The translations under genes were made by a program, and so were the position numbers. A stretch of DNA of 64,000 bases. Origin: Phaeosaccion multiseriatum (Eukaryota; Protista; Ochrophyta, other classes). Numbering within the stretch: position 1 is the stretch's first letter; each line of letters starts with the position of its first letter. The stretch is from contig OZ218955.1 of assembly GCA_965112735.1 (NCBI GenBank), forward strand, positions 3,844,001-3,908,000, given 5' to 3'. Positions 27,014-41,202 of this stretch are shown piece by piece. The notes below the pieces were generated by a model. The model saw nothing but the letters and a program-made list of their open reading frames with translations, was not told the DNA's origin and searched no databases.

Positions 27014-27747
27014 GTTCTCTCTCTGTGTCCCGCTCCTATCCCTCTCTGCCTCCCCCCTCGCTCCCCTGCAGCCCATGCCAACGAATCCCCGGGGGCGCTG
27101 ATCCCCCCCCTCCATAAAGCACCTGAATCTAGTCATTGACAAGTCCTGCTCTCTGTCTTTGTCAAACGCGACGTCTGAAGAGGCTCCTCGCCTTCCCCGC
27201 TTCGCCGCTCGGTGCCTTGAGCAGGAGATGCGCTGACTCTCCTTCTCTCTCGAAAGTGCTTGCGTGCACGTGGAGAAGGAGTGAATGGAGTCTGACTTGT
27301 CTCCCCCAGGGCGCTCTCGCAGGCACAGCAGCCGTCTGCCATTGCTCTTCTATGAGAGGCAGTGGCGGTGTCGCCGCTTCTCACCCTCTCTTTGCTGAGA
27401 AAGAGAGCTTTCTCACTCCCTTCTCAATGTATGACCACCCCCCCCCCCCACGTGCTCTTCTAAGCGCGCCACCAGCTAAAGAGGACGGCCACGAGAAGGC
27501 TCGGAAAGAAGAAGCTGCTGTCCCAAGGCACTCAACCCAACGTCGAGCTAGCTCTGAAGATGATTATCGACTTGCTTAATGCCGTGAGCGCGAGCGACCG
27601 GGAGGCGCTCGTCATCAACCGCACCACACCGGAGAGAAGCAGTCCCAAAGGCAGCAGGGCAGGGGGTGAAGAAGGAAGGAAGAGAAGAGGAGGAGGAGAA
27701 TGAGGAGTATGCGCGACCCATGGGGCTCAAGTCGTCCCCCAGCCCTG

Positions 27748-27870
27748 CCGAAGTGAAGGGAGGAGGAGTCTGCACTGCCCACGGAGCTGAGAAGAAGCGC
27801 TGCCGAGTTGAAGGGTGAGATAAGCTCGCACGGTGAGGGAAGTCCGACGACATGTGCAAGAGGCGTATGC
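27748..27870 (+). pseudogene. Remnant of a CxxxGCxKxA...CxxHG ('WRKY19-like') zinc-finger repeat
   Basis: Translates AEVKGGGVCTAHGAEKKRCRVEG*DKLAR*GKSDDMCKR; an in-frame TGA replaces the expected Cys. Confidence 0.45.
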
Positions 27871-28535
27871 GTATCAGCAGTGAGGCACCGCCCAGAGAGG
27901 CACCGCCCAGGAAGGCCTTCGCTGCGGTGGCCGAGAGGAGGAGAAGGCGCACATGGGCAGCCCCAAGAAGCGAGGAGGAGCGAGCAAGCAGCAGCGGTCG
28001 AGGAGGAGCGAGCAAGAGGAAGGCCCTCCGTGTGGGGGATGAGGTCCAGCTGCTGCCGAAGCGATTCCGCAGGGATCGTTCGTAGGTGGGAAAGAGAAAG
28101 GTCCCCAGCACACCAACTGGGATCAAGGAGCCGAGCAAGCGCACAGGGTAGGAGAACAGCGGTTGATTGTGGGAAGGTCGGTTTGTGTCAGCAAGAGCAG
28201 CAGCAGAATCCACAGAGGGGACAGAGGGGACAGAGTGCAGTGAAAAGCACTGAGGGGGGGAAGAGACAGACGCAAGGGATTGGAAGAGAGAGAGGGACGA
28301 GAGGGAGGAAAGGAGTGGGAGAGGGCTCTATCTCGCTTGAGGACAAGAAATTCTCGCTGTGACATGGATCAAGAGTGATGGCTTTCAGTAAGATGGAGAG
28401 CTTCTCTCTCGTCCTGACCGACCGGCCGATCAGCCGATCAGTCCATCCATACTGATGAAGCGTTGCTGCGAAGGAGTGCCTACTGCAGCAGAGGGGTGGC
28501 GAGGCGGACATCAGCAGCCAAGAAGCTTTGTGTTT

Positions 28536-31500
28536 TTATTTCTTCTTCTTCCGCTTCTTCTTGCGCCCAGCAGGACTGCTTGCGGGTGCCTCCTTGCTCT
28601 TCGCTATCCTCCTCTCCCCTTCTGCTCCTACCCCCGCCCCTGGTCCAGCCTCGGCTTCATCAGCCGCCTCCGCCATCTCCACATCCCCGTCCTCGGTTGG
28701 TGCTACAGCAGCCGCCAAGTCGAAGCAGGGCAGCACGGGGTCTCTAAGCTCCATGGTGACAGCTCGGTGCTGCTGGTCCTCCGCCGCCTCCCCGGGCCCA
28801 TACGCCTGCACAGAGAGGTGCACGCGTACCTTATCAAACACCTGCAGCTTCACTCTCGCGGCCTTGTTCACGCCCCCGGCTTCCACAATCATGCTATGCG
28901 TTTGCGCTTCATGGCGCACCAGTCCCCTCGCCGCCAGCTCCTTGAGCCCCACACTCCCCTCAATCCCAAAGCGAGGCACCAACACCCCGATGCGGTCCTC
29001 CTGCACACTCAGCACATACGCGTCTTCCTCGGTAGGGTTCTCCTTGAAGTACAGCACGGTGTGCAGCCCCACAGAAGCCCTGCCCGCCAGCTGGGCCGAG
29101 CGGTGTCTCCTGTTCATGTTGTCCGCGAGGTCGTGCAGTGTGGCCTTGTCGGACAGCTCCACGGGCAGAGGGCACACGCCGATGCTCGCGCCCAGCAGGC
29201 GGTGGACCATAACGTCCGCGTACCTGCAAGAGAAGAGGTTTGGGGGGGGGGGGGGTGAGGGGGGGTGGGGAGGGAGGGAGAGGGGAGTGGGCAGCAGAGA
29301 CGGGTGAAGACGGGACGGTAAATGAACCGACGCCGTCTCCTATGCACACGGCAAGAGCAGCAGCAGGACCTCTTTACAAACAAACCACAGCAATGCGCCT
29401 CTCCATCGCTCGCTACTCCCTCCCTCACCGTCGGATGGGGCTGGTGAAGTGTGTGTAGATGGGCGTGGCGAGGCCGTAGTGGTGCCACTCCGGCTGCGGC
29501 TTGTCCCCCGAGCAAAAGTACTGCGCAGGGCTCATACAGCGCGTGCAGAGGATGCGCAGAAGCTTGTTGAAGTACGCGTCTCCCTTGCGCTGCGCGGCGT
29601 CCAGCGACTCTGCGAGCTGCTTGGACGTCTCCACTTGGAGCTCCACGCCCACGGCCGCGGCGGCGCTCAGCAGGTCCTCGAACTGACTCCTCGAAGGGGC
29701 GGGATGCCGGCGCAGGATGGAGAGAGTGGGGAAGTGGCGCAGGATCTTCTTGCCAACTGTGATGTTGGCCAGGAGCATGAACTCCTCCACCAGGGCATTG
29801 GTCTCCTTGAGGGCGTACATCTGCACGTCCGTGGGGTTCTGCGACTCGCTGTCCAGCACGAAGCGTACCTCCGGAGAGGCCAGCGTCAGCGCACCCGCAT
29901 CCATGCGGCGCTTACGGAACACCTTGGCTATCCGGTTGAGGATACGCACCGCGTTGGCCTTGACGCAGGTGGCCTTGGGGTCATCGAGCAACATCTGCGC
30001 CTCCCCGTAGGTCATGGCGGCAATGCTGTGGATGATGCTCTTGCAGAAGCGCACCCCGACAATCTCCCCCGCCTGCGTCATCTCCCATAGCACGCTAAAG
30101 GCGAAGCGGTCCACCCCTCCCCGCAGCGAGCACAGCGTCTCTGTCAGCAGGCCGGGCAGCATGTCCAGTCTTCGCTCTACGAGATAGGTGGAAGTGGAAC
30201 GGCTGGCGGCCTCCAAGTCCATGGCGCTGCCGGCCTCCAGAAAGTGGGTCACGTCGGCAATGTGCACCCCAACCTCCAAATTGCCGTTCTCCAGGGGGCG
30301 TGCGTGCAGGGCGTCGTCAATGTCTTTGCACCCCGGGGGGTCGATGCTCAGCACGGGCAGGTGCCGCAAGTCCTCCCTCCCCCTCGAGTTGTCATCTGTG
30401 ATCTGCCAGTCCGACGGCGGTAGACACCGCAGCACCGCCCCCGAAAAGGCCTCGTACGGCACATCGTGTTCGAGCAAGATCACCTCCGTCTCAATGCTCT
30501 TGTCCCCCGTGTTGCCCAGCGTCTGCAGGTAGTGGCCCAGCGGCCATCTGCACCAAGCCGGCCACGAGTCGATGGCCACGAGCAGCCGCTTGCCGCTCAG
30601 AGCGGCGCGTTGTCGAGTTTGGATGCGCACCTTGGGGATCTTCTTGTCGACGGGCACAAAGAGGCAGGAGGTCACCCCCCGCCCTGAGGCCGTCTCTCGG
30701 TCTCCGGCGCTCTCCAGGGAGCCGCAGTAGTGCCGCCAGTTGCGCCGGATGATGCCCACCACCTGTTGGTGGTACAGCAGCAGATGCAGCAGACGCAGCA
30801 GCAGTAGATGTAACAGTTGGTGATACACTGGGAACGACAACAACAGCAGCAACACACATGCACGCAAGAAAACCGCCCCTTGCATACGCGGAGAGGGATG
30901 TGCAGTACAGCACGAAGAGCACTTTTTTGTGCTTAGCTTTCTCCGTCCCTCTCCCGCCCTGCTGCCCCCCCCCCATCCACTGCCATCCTCTGCCATCCTC
31001 TGCCATCCTCTCCCCTCCTCTTCCCACACACCTTGGCTGCGGGCTTGACGTTCCCCAGCATGGCCGCCCCTTCCGCGTCCTCCACCGCTGGCGCCGCAGT
31101 CAGCTCCGGCACCAGCGGCTGCTCCTCTTGCTCTTCTTGCTCCCCGTGCTTCCGTTGCTCGCCCTCCGCCCCCTCCCCCTTCTCGCCCTGCCCGCCTCCG
31201 CCCCCGCCTCCAGCCCCCGCTGCTGTATCACCAACCGCCACGCCTCTCCACTGTGCTCTTGGCAGCAGCTCCACCGCCACCACATCCCCGTCCACGGCCC
31301 TATTCACGTGCTCCTGGCCTCTAATGTACACCTGCGTTGTGTGAAGCACATGCATGGCAGGCGCGTAGCAGGCAGACAGAGAGGCAGGCAGGTAGGCAGG
31401 TAGGTAGGCAGGCAAGCAGCAGGTAGGCAGGCAGGCAGGCAGGCGGGCGGGCAGCAGAGACAGCGCGAGGGAGGTCAGTCCAGCACGACAGGGCGGCCTT

Positions 31501-32287
31501 TCTTCCCGTCGCTTAGGACGGACCCTCCTCCCTCCTTCTCCCTCCCCCCATCCACTGCCATCCCCCCCCCCCCACACACACCCCACCCACCGCTATCCTC
31601 TCGTCCGCCTGCTCCATCCCCTGCACTACAACGTAGCAGGAGGAGGAGCCCCTCTCCGCCCTCAGCGTGCCCTGAAAGAGCCTGCCGCTCTTGACTCCGC
31701 GCGTCAGCTCCGACATGTGCAAGTGCTCTGGGAAGAGGAGCTTCCTCTGCCTCGAGCCTCTGCTGCTTGCCGAGCCAGGGCCCCCCTTATCTACGCTGCT
31801 CTTTTCCTTCTCCGCTTCCTCTGCTCCTCTACTCTGTTCGCCGCTGCTGCTGCTGCCTTCACCATTCGCCTCCCCCACTGCCGCCGCTGCAGTCCCAGAC
31901 GCCCCACGTGCCTTCCCCCCTGTCCCGATTCCGAAACCCTCCCCCTCTTCCTCTATTTGGTCGACCCCGTCCTGACGGGGCGCACAGAGAGAGGCGAATG
32001 GGCATTTGCGTGAGTGCGTGAGTGCGTGAGTGCGTGAGTGCGTGAGTGCGTGAGTCCGTGAGTGTGCGGGTGCGTCAGTGCATGAGGAGAGGCATAGGAA
32101 CGTCATTTGACGTGCAGAGACGGCCCCTCCAGAGGCGAGAGCGATGGAAGGAGGGGCAGAGGGAGAAAGCAACACACCCAATACCCAATACCCAATACAT
32201 GCCCCATTCTCTCCCCTGCTCTTACACCCTCCTTCCGCCACTCACTCGCTTTCCGCACATATACACACACCGCACACACACACACAC

Positions 32288-32330
<43 letters not shown>

Positions 32331-32573
32331 CGTCCTGCGCGAGCAGCTCAGCGAGAGCGGGGTACTTGCCAGCCACCGCCGCGCTGTGTATGTAGCGGTG
32401 GATGGACTCGGCCTGTAGCCCCGCCTGCAGGGCCGCAGAGCGGTTCAGGCGGTCGTTGGTCAGCAGCCGCACCGACACAGGGGTCGAAGCCAGCTGCCCC
32501 TCGAACCTACAGCAGTTGGTGATATAGCAGTAGTTGGGGTGGTTAGATACGGAAGATCGCATGCCAAGCATGC

Positions 32574-32606
<33 letters not shown>

Positions 32607-34262
32607 TAGATAGATCTACAGACAAATGGGCAGATAGCATAGAAGACAGAGAGACAAATAAATAGACAGCGCATGCCCTCCTTCAGCCCCCCCTGCCCCA
32701 TCCTTCGCAATTGACACACTCACCACTTGGCTGCGATGCGAATCTTGCGATCGTTAAAGTCGTTGGGCGTCTCCCCGGCCCTCTGCTTGGCGAAGGTCTC
32801 GCAGTGGTGATCGTTGGCGAAGAAGATGCATACGCGCGCCTCGTCGGTGAGCAGCGTGCGCAGCCGCCGGTACAGGCTCAAGTTAATGTGCCGCACCTTG
32901 TCCGAGGGAAGGAAGGAAGCCACCAGGGAGAGGGAGAGGGAGAGGGAGAGGGAGGGGGGCGGGCTTGGTTACACTCTCGAAGGGGGCATATGTGTGTAAG
33001 CTGAGCACAGGTGTGTGACCATGTCTACAAGCAGTTGCCTGTACAAGTAGGGTACAGCCGAACAGAACAACTCCACCACACCTCCTCGTTGTGCCCCGCC
33101 CCACAAGAGAGCACCACTGGACTCGCACTTGCACAACACACCACACAACAGCACACCACACAACAGCACACCACACCACACCACAGCACACCACACAACA
33201 GCACATCACACCACACCACAGCACAGCACAGCACACCACACCACAGCACAGCACTTCAATGCAATGCACGACAGCAGAGCCGCAGCATCCAGTGACATAC
33301 GCGGGGCCAACCCGCGATCGACTGCAGTCAAGTCCATGGGTGGAAGTCCATGCATCGCAGGTAGTGGATGGTAATGGATGGCAGTCATCACCTCGTCTAG
33401 GACGGTCTGGAGGATGATGAGGCCAGTGAGGGCGGGGCTGGGCGTCTCCAGCAGGTCCATCTGATTCAGCACCACGTTGGTGTCCAGCACAAGCAAGTGC
33501 CGATATTCCGACTCCTCCCCCAGCTGCTGCAGGTCAGCCTAAGGAGGGGTGAGGGGGTTAGAGTTTGTGTGTGTGTGTGTGTTTGTGTGTGCGTGTGGCA
33601 AAACGAGCGACAGAGGGAATAGAGTGTGAGAGAGTGAAGAGAGAGAGAGAGAGAGTGTGTGACGCAGGGAGCGACAGAGGAGAGAGAGGGAGAAGGATAG
33701 CGAGGGAATGTGTGCAGAGAGGAGGAGGACAGAGAGTATGTGCGTGTCTGCGTGACGAAGAGAGCAAGAAATGAGACGAGAGAAGCGCAGGGAGAGATGG
33801 GTGTGCCTCTGCTTTTCGCCTTCACCTGGAGAAGCTGCTTCCCTGCCAGTGCTCCACAGCCAATATCATCACGGAGGTAGTGATCCTCGACGATATGTAA
33901 GATCTGTGCACGAGAGGGAAAGCAGCAGCAGCACGGGGGGGAGGAGGAGGACGAGAAAAGGGAGGAAGGGAGAGAGGAGACGAGGGGAACGATCATCATG
34001 GTCAGGCTCGGCAACAATCCAGAGTGCTCATTTCGATGAGAAGCCGCAGTTTCGAGCATAGGCCCGTACAGCTCCCATATACTGGCGACAGCCGAGAAGT
34101 ATGGTCATCATCACAAGGCTCAGCGAGCCCACACACCCACCCCCTCCCCTTCTCTACCTTCGCCCCATCCCTTGTCCTCCTTGTGCCGAATCTCGCGTCA
34201 GCACCGCTACCACTTGCCTTTCCCCGCCTAGTCCTCTTAAAGAAGGTCTTATCGACCTGCAT
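28536..34262 (-). CDS. DIS3: Exosome catalytic subunit DIS3/RRP44 (PIN, RNB and S1 domains)
   Basis: Exons 34262-34218 (GC donor), 33903-33826, 33538-33392, 32896-32724, 32506-32329, 31971-31591, 31331-31032, 30762-29429, 29223-28536. Motifs [86 protein letters not shown]. Confidence 0.97.
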
Positions 34263-34607
34263 CGTGCTGCAGCTGTGTCCCGCCTTCCAGGGATCCTGCC
34301 TACGCCTGGGCCATTGACATGGTGGATTGGAATACAAGGGGGGATCATTTCTTCTTTAGCTTTTAATTTCAAGTCTGCTCTAATGGGGGTGCTGCCGCTC
34401 AAGAAGAGGAGGGAGAGAATATCCAAAGCCATTGAAGACCTTGTTTAAGCTGTGTAGTGCTTTTTGACCCAGAGGAGTTGGGTTGGAGAGCAGGTGCAGC
34501 TCACCGACCGTGATTCGGAGAGGGGGAGAAGTGTTGAGGCACAGGCAATAGGAGCAGCAGCAGCAACAGCAGCAGCAGCTGCAGCAGCAGAGGAGGGAAG
34601 ATCGAGC

Positions 34608-37119
34608 ATGTCCGTGGCCAATGTACAGCAGCAAACGGAGCTCAACAGACGCCTCGCCTCCGTCTGCCATCGCGTCCTCGCCACAGATCTCGCCCAGGTG
34701 TGTGCTTGTAAAGGAGGGAGAGGGGAAGCAGTGGGACCATAAGCGTCCAGAGTGGAGGGTCAGCTGACACACTATGACGCTGACTCGCCCTGGCCCTGCT
34801 ACTCTTCTACCCCCCCTCCCCTTTTCTCTCTTTCCTCCAGGGCTTGGGGCAGCTTGGGGCCCACCCTTCGCTGCTCAAGCAGCCGGCCATCGCGAGTATC
34901 TTTTCCAAGGTGGCTGCCATGGAGTACTCCAACACCATCGACTTTCAGACCGACTTCTCGCTCTTCTTCGCCGCAAGGTAAAAACCAGAGGAGAGGAGAG
35001 GAGAGGAGAGGGCGATGTAGGGAGGAAAAGAGGGAAGTGGAGGGTCGACCACGGTGTAAGCGCAGCACCACACCACGACAGGACACCCGTCGACGGCATA
35101 AGAGGAGCAGCTTCTCCCGGCCCACGCAGTCTCTCACACTTCTCTCCCTCTTCGTCCCTCTCGCCCTCCTCCTCCCTGTCCGTCTCTCCATTCCCCCCTC
35201 TCCCTCTCCCCCTTTTGTGTCTTCCCCCTCCCTTTGCCTCACCTCACCCCCCCCCCTCAGCGCGCGCGAGGGCGTCCCTGTGACAGCGGTGCGTGCAGTG
35301 TTCCAGGCGGAGTGCACCCGGCTCCTGGGGGGGAGGGGCAAGAGGCCCAAGCACAAGCAGCGCCAGGGGGGGCAGGGGGCCGACAACACCAGGTACACGT
35401 ACGATGCTCTGCAGCTACGCCCGCCGGGGAAGCTCCCGAGAGGGGCGGTGAAGGCCACACCCTTCGCAGGAGGGGCGGGACAGGTGGTGCAGCACATGGT
35501 GAGTGGGAGGAGGGGGCGGGGAGCGCGGGGAGGGCGGGGGTGGGCTCCTTCGACTCTGAGTGGTCCCTGCTCGCCACTTTTTCACCGTTGCTGAGTGACG
35601 CCTGCTCACACAGGTGGATGCCTGACCCTGATCCCGGACCTTCCTTGCCTCCTCCCTCCCTCTCTCCCTCCCTCCCTCCCTCCCTCCCTCCCTCCCTCCC
35701 TCCCTCCCTCCCTCCCTCCCTCCCTCCCTCCCTCCCTCCCTCCCTCCCTCCCTCCCTCCCTCCCTCCCTCCTTCCCTCCCTCCCTCCCTCGCCCCTGCCC
35801 ATCCCCTGTCCTCTCCCTATCCCTCTCAAGTGCGAGGTGATGCTGTCTGCCACGCACCCCGCCCCACCCCTCCGCCCCTCCTCCTCCTCCTCCTCCTCCT
35901 CCTCCACGGGGCCTGACACCATTGACCGCGCCTTCCTCAATCTCGGCTACTGCCTCAACGGAGCCTTCGAGGCGGGCCTACGGGGCGGTGCGACGCACGG
36001 GGGGGGCAAGTACCAAGAGGAGCCAAGGTCAGTCAGTCAGTGAGTGATTGATTGAGTGAGTGAGTGAGTGAGTGAGGGAGGGAGTGAGTGGGAGAGGTAC
36101 GTGAGTGAGTGAGGGGTTGAGTGACTGAGTGAGTGCCGCCTCTGTCAACGGAAAGCCCCGCTTCTCATTTCATCCGCTGCTGCGACTGCCACTGCTGCTA
36201 CTGCCACTGGTGCTGCTGGTGTTGCTACTGCTGCTGGTGTTGCTGTTACCGGCGCTTGCGGTGTTGCGTCTGGCCGCTTCCCGTTACTCCATCCGATTGA
36301 TGCACAGACGCCGGTGGCGCTCGGAGCGGGAGACGAAGGAGTACGAGCGGGCTGTGGAGGCCCGGGCATTGCTTGAGGCAGAGGAGCGGGGCGGGCAGGC
36401 AGGGGAGCAAGGGGAGCAAGGGGCAGGCGGAGGCTCCAAGGGCTCGAGTATGTCACTGAAACTGTCCTCCGCGGGGGGCGCTGACTCGGCAAAGGGGGGC
36501 TCCGGGTCGGGGCATGCATCCAGCAAGGACAAGACCAAGGACAAGACCAAGGACAAGAGCAAAGACAAGGGAGGCAGCAGCAGCAGCAGCGGCAAGCAGG
36601 GGGGTGGGGGGGGCAGCAAACGGAGCATCGCCGCGGCGGAGGGGCGTAAGCAGAAGCAGCTGCAGTTGGTGATACAGCAGCAGCAGCGGCAGCAGCAGCA
36701 GGCCGGCAGCAGTCGAGGAGGAGTGGGACCGGGGAACAGAAGCGGGGCCTCCAAGACAGGGTCGGGGTCAAGGTCAGGGTCAGGGTCAAAGAAAGGCACA
36801 AAGAGCAAGAAGAGAAGCTTGGCAGAGACGGGTTGCAAGGGGGGCAGCAGTGCGGTTGGTGATACCGCAGGGGCAGCAGCAGCAGTTGGTGATACAGTAG
36901 CGGCGTCGAAGATACGGATCCGCAAGAGGCACTTGTGTGCGTGTTGGCACCTCCAGGTCAGTGTGTGGCCTTGGCTCCTCCTCTCTTCTCTCGTCTCCTC
37001 CTCCTGTTATTCTCGTTGGCCGCCTTTTTCAACTCAGTCGATATGCCACTCTCTCCTCAATTATTGTGCCAATCTGCCGCCTTCATAGCCGTCACGACCC
37101 TCACCTTTACTCTCACCCC

Positions 37120-37150
<31 letters not shown>

Positions 37151-37272
37151 TCACCCTCTCACCCTCTTACCCTCACCCTCTCACCCTCACCCTCACCCTC
37201 ACTCCGACCTTTGCCCTCACCCTCACCCTCACCCTCACCCTCATCCTCACCCTCACCCTCACCCTTACCCTT

Positions 37273-37334
<62 letters not shown>

Positions 37335-37365
37335 CCACCCTCTCACCCTCTCACCCTCACCCTCT

Positions 37366-37415
<50 letters not shown>

Positions 37416-38979
37416 TCCTTACCCTCACCCTCACCCTCACCGCACTCCTTGCCCTCACCCTCACCCTCACCCTCATCCTCACCCTCACGCTCACTCTCAT
37501 TCCTATCTACAATCTCTCACCCTCGACCCTTACTTAGTCTCACCCCCATCCTGCCCCTGCCCCTGCCCATATACCTGCCCATCTGCCCATATACCTGCCC
37601 ATCTGCCCATCTGCCCATATACCTGCCCATATACCTGCCCCTGCCCCTGCCCATATACCTGGCTCAGTACCAAGAGGTGTGTGTGGACGCGTCTCTGTGC
37701 AACCCCATGATGCTTGCCAAGAGGCTCAAGGGCCGCCTCAAGGGGCGCAATGTCGAGTGCTTCTGCTGCAACGAGTCCATGCCCTACAGGTTAGTTAGTT
37801 AGTACATGGCGTGCAGTGGGAAACTCTTTGCTGTTACGTCCAAAAGATTACGTAAACTAACCATGTGTCTGAGTTGCGTGTAGCCATGCTTGGGGGGGGG
37901 GGGGGGGCAGAGTGGGTACTGCAGAGCCCGGTGGTGTTGCGTGCTCACCGTCGTAACTCCCCTCCCCCCGTCCGATGCATACACCCATTTACACACACAT
38001 ACACACACACAAACACACACGCACACCACACACACACACACACACACACCCACACACACCATGACCCTCTGTATGTGCCTCTCTCCCTACACACACGCAC
38101 ACACAAACCACACCACACCATGACCCTCTGTCCCTCTGTGTGTTGCTCGCTCCCTGGCAGCGACTTCATCTCTCACGCGGGGGGCTTGCCCAAGGAGGCG
38201 CAGGGGCTGAGGCCACTCAAGGTCCTGCTGCTTGCCAACACGCACGAGCCCGTGGACTCACACAGGTCCAAGTGCGATGTGCGCTGGTACCAGTGCCGCA
38301 CCTGCGGAGAATGGTCAGTCAGTCAGTCACTCAGTCAGTCAGTCAGTCAGTCAGTCAGTACTTGGTGTCAGTCAGTCTGTCAGGCGGACAAGCAGGCTCC
38401 TCTTTCTTTCGTCTCTGTCTCACACAAGGCACAAAGGGCGTGCTCTCTTTGTGTCTCTCTATTCGTGTTTCTCTCTCCCTCTCTCTTTCCTCGCTCCTCA
38501 CCCCCCCTCCCCCCAACCCATCAACTGCCTTCTGCACAGCGAACTGCCTGGCTTTCCGATGGCTCGTTGCGGCGGGTGCGGCACATACGCGCACGAGGGC
38601 GAGAAGTGCCCCTCCCTCGCAGACCACATGAAGCTGCGGCCACAGGCGGGGGCTGGTGGTACAGCAGGTGGTGGTACGGCATCGTCGGAGGGGGTGGGGG
38701 GGGGGGGAGGAGGGGAAGGAGGAGAGGAAGGAGGAGATCGATCTCGCCCCCCGTACCTGCAAGTACTGTGCGCACCTCCAGGATGCAGATGACGACGACG
38801 GCTGGGAAGATGGTGCTTTGGCCGGGCTGGGACTGGCGACGGCAGAAGGGGGCGCGGGGGAGGCGAGGGGTCCCGCCTCCACTCCGACGGCGGGGGACGG
38901 CATTGGCCTTGACGCGGGCAGTAATAGCACTAGCAAGAGGAAGAGGAAGAGCGCCAAGAGGAGCGAGTTTGTATGGTAA
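34608..38979 (+). CDS. Putative chromatin protein with a bromodomain-like N-terminal segment, a CxCC...SHAG (Tify-binding-like) motif and a PHD-like finger
   Basis: Exons about 34608-34697, 34841-34977, 35261-35498, 35831-36026, 36308-36956, 37668-37789, 38161-38313, 38540-38979. Motifs EYSNTIDFQTDFSLFF, VECFCCNESMPYSDFISHAG, CRTCGEC..RCGGCGTYAH..C..CKYC. Requires one frameshift in the last exon. Confidence 0.6.
37100..37500. repeat. (CTCACC)n intronic hexamer repeat
   Basis: Direct reading. Confidence 0.9.
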
Positions 38980-39219
38980 TCCTGGCTGGCTGGTCGGCTG
39001 GCTGGTCGGCTGGCTGGTCGGCCCCGAACAGGAATACGGTACGCGCCGGCCATACTGAGTAATCAGGCCTGGCGAAGGCCATAATCAATAAATATCATCG
39101 TCCAGATCCCGAACACTACACACAATCTTCACGGTTACTTTTGCACCGCTCCACGACACTGCCTAATAGTAATAGAAAAAGCAGAGTATCTCCTCCCCCC
39201 TCTCGACCCCCTCTCCCTC

Positions 39220-39375
39220 ATGCTGAGACTGGCGGTCATCAGTGGGCTTCAGAGGACGGACGCAGCTCCAGGAGAAGTCGTCCCCGGTCTGTTTGTTGGC
39301 TCGGTGGGGGCGGCGTACAGCCTTGACGCTCTCCATGGTACGCTGGAGAAGAGAGATTAGAAACTCTCGGAGTGG

Positions 39376-39420
<45 letters not shown>

Positions 39421-39509
39421 GGAAACAATTCATTCGTGGATAAGAGAGAATAGAGACATGGACAGGGAGAGGGGGAGAGAGGGGGGGGGGGGGATTACGG
39501 ATATCTCTT

Positions 39510-39578
<69 letters not shown>

Positions 39579-40510
39579 ATCTTTGTTCCTTGCTCGAGAA
39601 AGGACGGGAGGGTGACTGGGCAACTACTGAGATGAAAGAGCAATTGCTCACCAAGTAATCCCTCCTTGTTCCCCACACGTCTTTTGCCGCCCCCCTCTCC
39701 CCGCCCATGAGCAGCATTCCGCATCTCGCACGTCCTCTGCGTGGCAGACAGCCTCTCCGAGCGGTTCCCAGAGACCCTGCTCTACAAGACGGTGAGTGGA
39801 CGGAGCAGGAGAGTGAGCCTTTCCATCTGTCTCACTGGCTTGCTGCTGCCCTCTCAACTTGTCCTCCGCAGATTAGCGTGGCCGATGACGCCTCGGCGGA
39901 CTTGTCGTCTCACTTTGAGGCGTGCTCGAGCTTCATCGGGCAGGCTCTGGCCGAGGGGGGGCGCTGCTTAGGTGGGTGCGAGAGGCGAAAGACAAGGAGG
40001 GAGAGAGAAAATCGGTGGGGTGGGAGACCGAGAGAGTGAGTGAGTGAGTGACACATCGAGAGGGAGAGAGAGGAGGAAGACTGAGGGGACAGAAGAAAGG
40101 GGGAGAGGGAGAGAGAATAGAACGTATATAAGTCGCTCAACAGCAGAGGACGGAGATCACATTGCTCCTCTGTAAGCAACCCTTACTTTGACAGGGGATA
40201 CCCCGCAGCTGACCGTCGATCGTAGCCCTGACCCCTTCCACTCCCCCTCCCCCCCCCAGTGCATTGCTTCCAAGGCAAGTCCCGCTCCTGCGCTGTGGTG
40301 TGTGCCTACCTCATGCGGACAGGCGGAGGGAGCGTGTCCTTCGCAGAGGCGCTGCAAGTCGTTCGGGCCGCGCGTCCTGTGGCACAGCCCAACTTAAACT
40401 TCGCATGCCAGCTGAGGCGGCTGGAGAGAGAGCTACGGCAGGGGCGGGAGGACGGGAGGGCCGTGGTGTGTCGATCCGACCCATGCCCCCCCCCCCTCCA
40501 AGCTGACTGA
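39220..40510 (+). CDS. Dual-specificity protein phosphatase
   Basis: Exons 39220-39337, 39715-39791, 39872-39971, 40260-40510. Motifs VVPGLFVGS, ISHVLCVA, ISVADD, catalytic VHCFQGKSRS, AYLM, AQPNLNF. Start codon uncertain. Confidence 0.9.
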
Positions 40511-41202
40511 CTGTCAAGCTAAGCACAGCAGGAAGAATGCCTGTGTGCGGGTCCCTGAGGGCCTGAGAGGGCCTGAGGCCGCTCCTCTCCTCTCCCCTCG
40601 CAGGTCCTGGACATGTTGAGTGTTCATGACATAAGGAGTGTCTGGAGTGTGAGAGTGAGCGTGAGTGTGAGTGCGAGTAGTGGCACCGAGCTCCTCCGAC
40701 AGAGCCCCGCAGGGAGGGGAGGGCAAACAAACAGGCAGGCAGGCAGAGAGGGAGGGAGGCCCCCCTCGAAACCTGACATCAAACATGACATCACACATGA
40801 CATCAAACATGACATGTGCCCGGGCTGTCACTCGCTCCGACGCTCCGACTCGTTGTGTGCGTGGGCGCCACTGCCGCAGCCGAGGCGCGGTGGGCAGGTA
40901 CCGATCGGGCGAGGGGGAGAGAGATGAAGGGCTCAGTGTGGTGCGGGCATGCTGCTGCTGTACTGAAGCTACGAGAAGGTGCTGCTGCTGTACTGAAGCT
41001 TCGAGAAGGGAGAGGGTAGGCGTCGTTGCTGCGCCCCTCCCCTCCATGCTCCGGCATTGACTTACTGCGCAGCACCGCCGTCGGGGCAGGGCAGGAGCGC
41101 CTTCGAAGGACAGGCAACAGAGAACATCTGCGGACACTTCTTTTGGGAGCGGAAGGTGAGTGAGTAAGTACAGTATCCTCTCTGGTGTCCTCTCTTCCTT
41201 GA

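Noticed and set aside
21300-28500. Search for a dedicated tyrosine/serine recombinase or reverse transcriptase serving the cassette arrays
   Set aside because: No R-H-R-Y, serine recombinase or YxDD motifs were recognised; only the broken DDE integrase was found.
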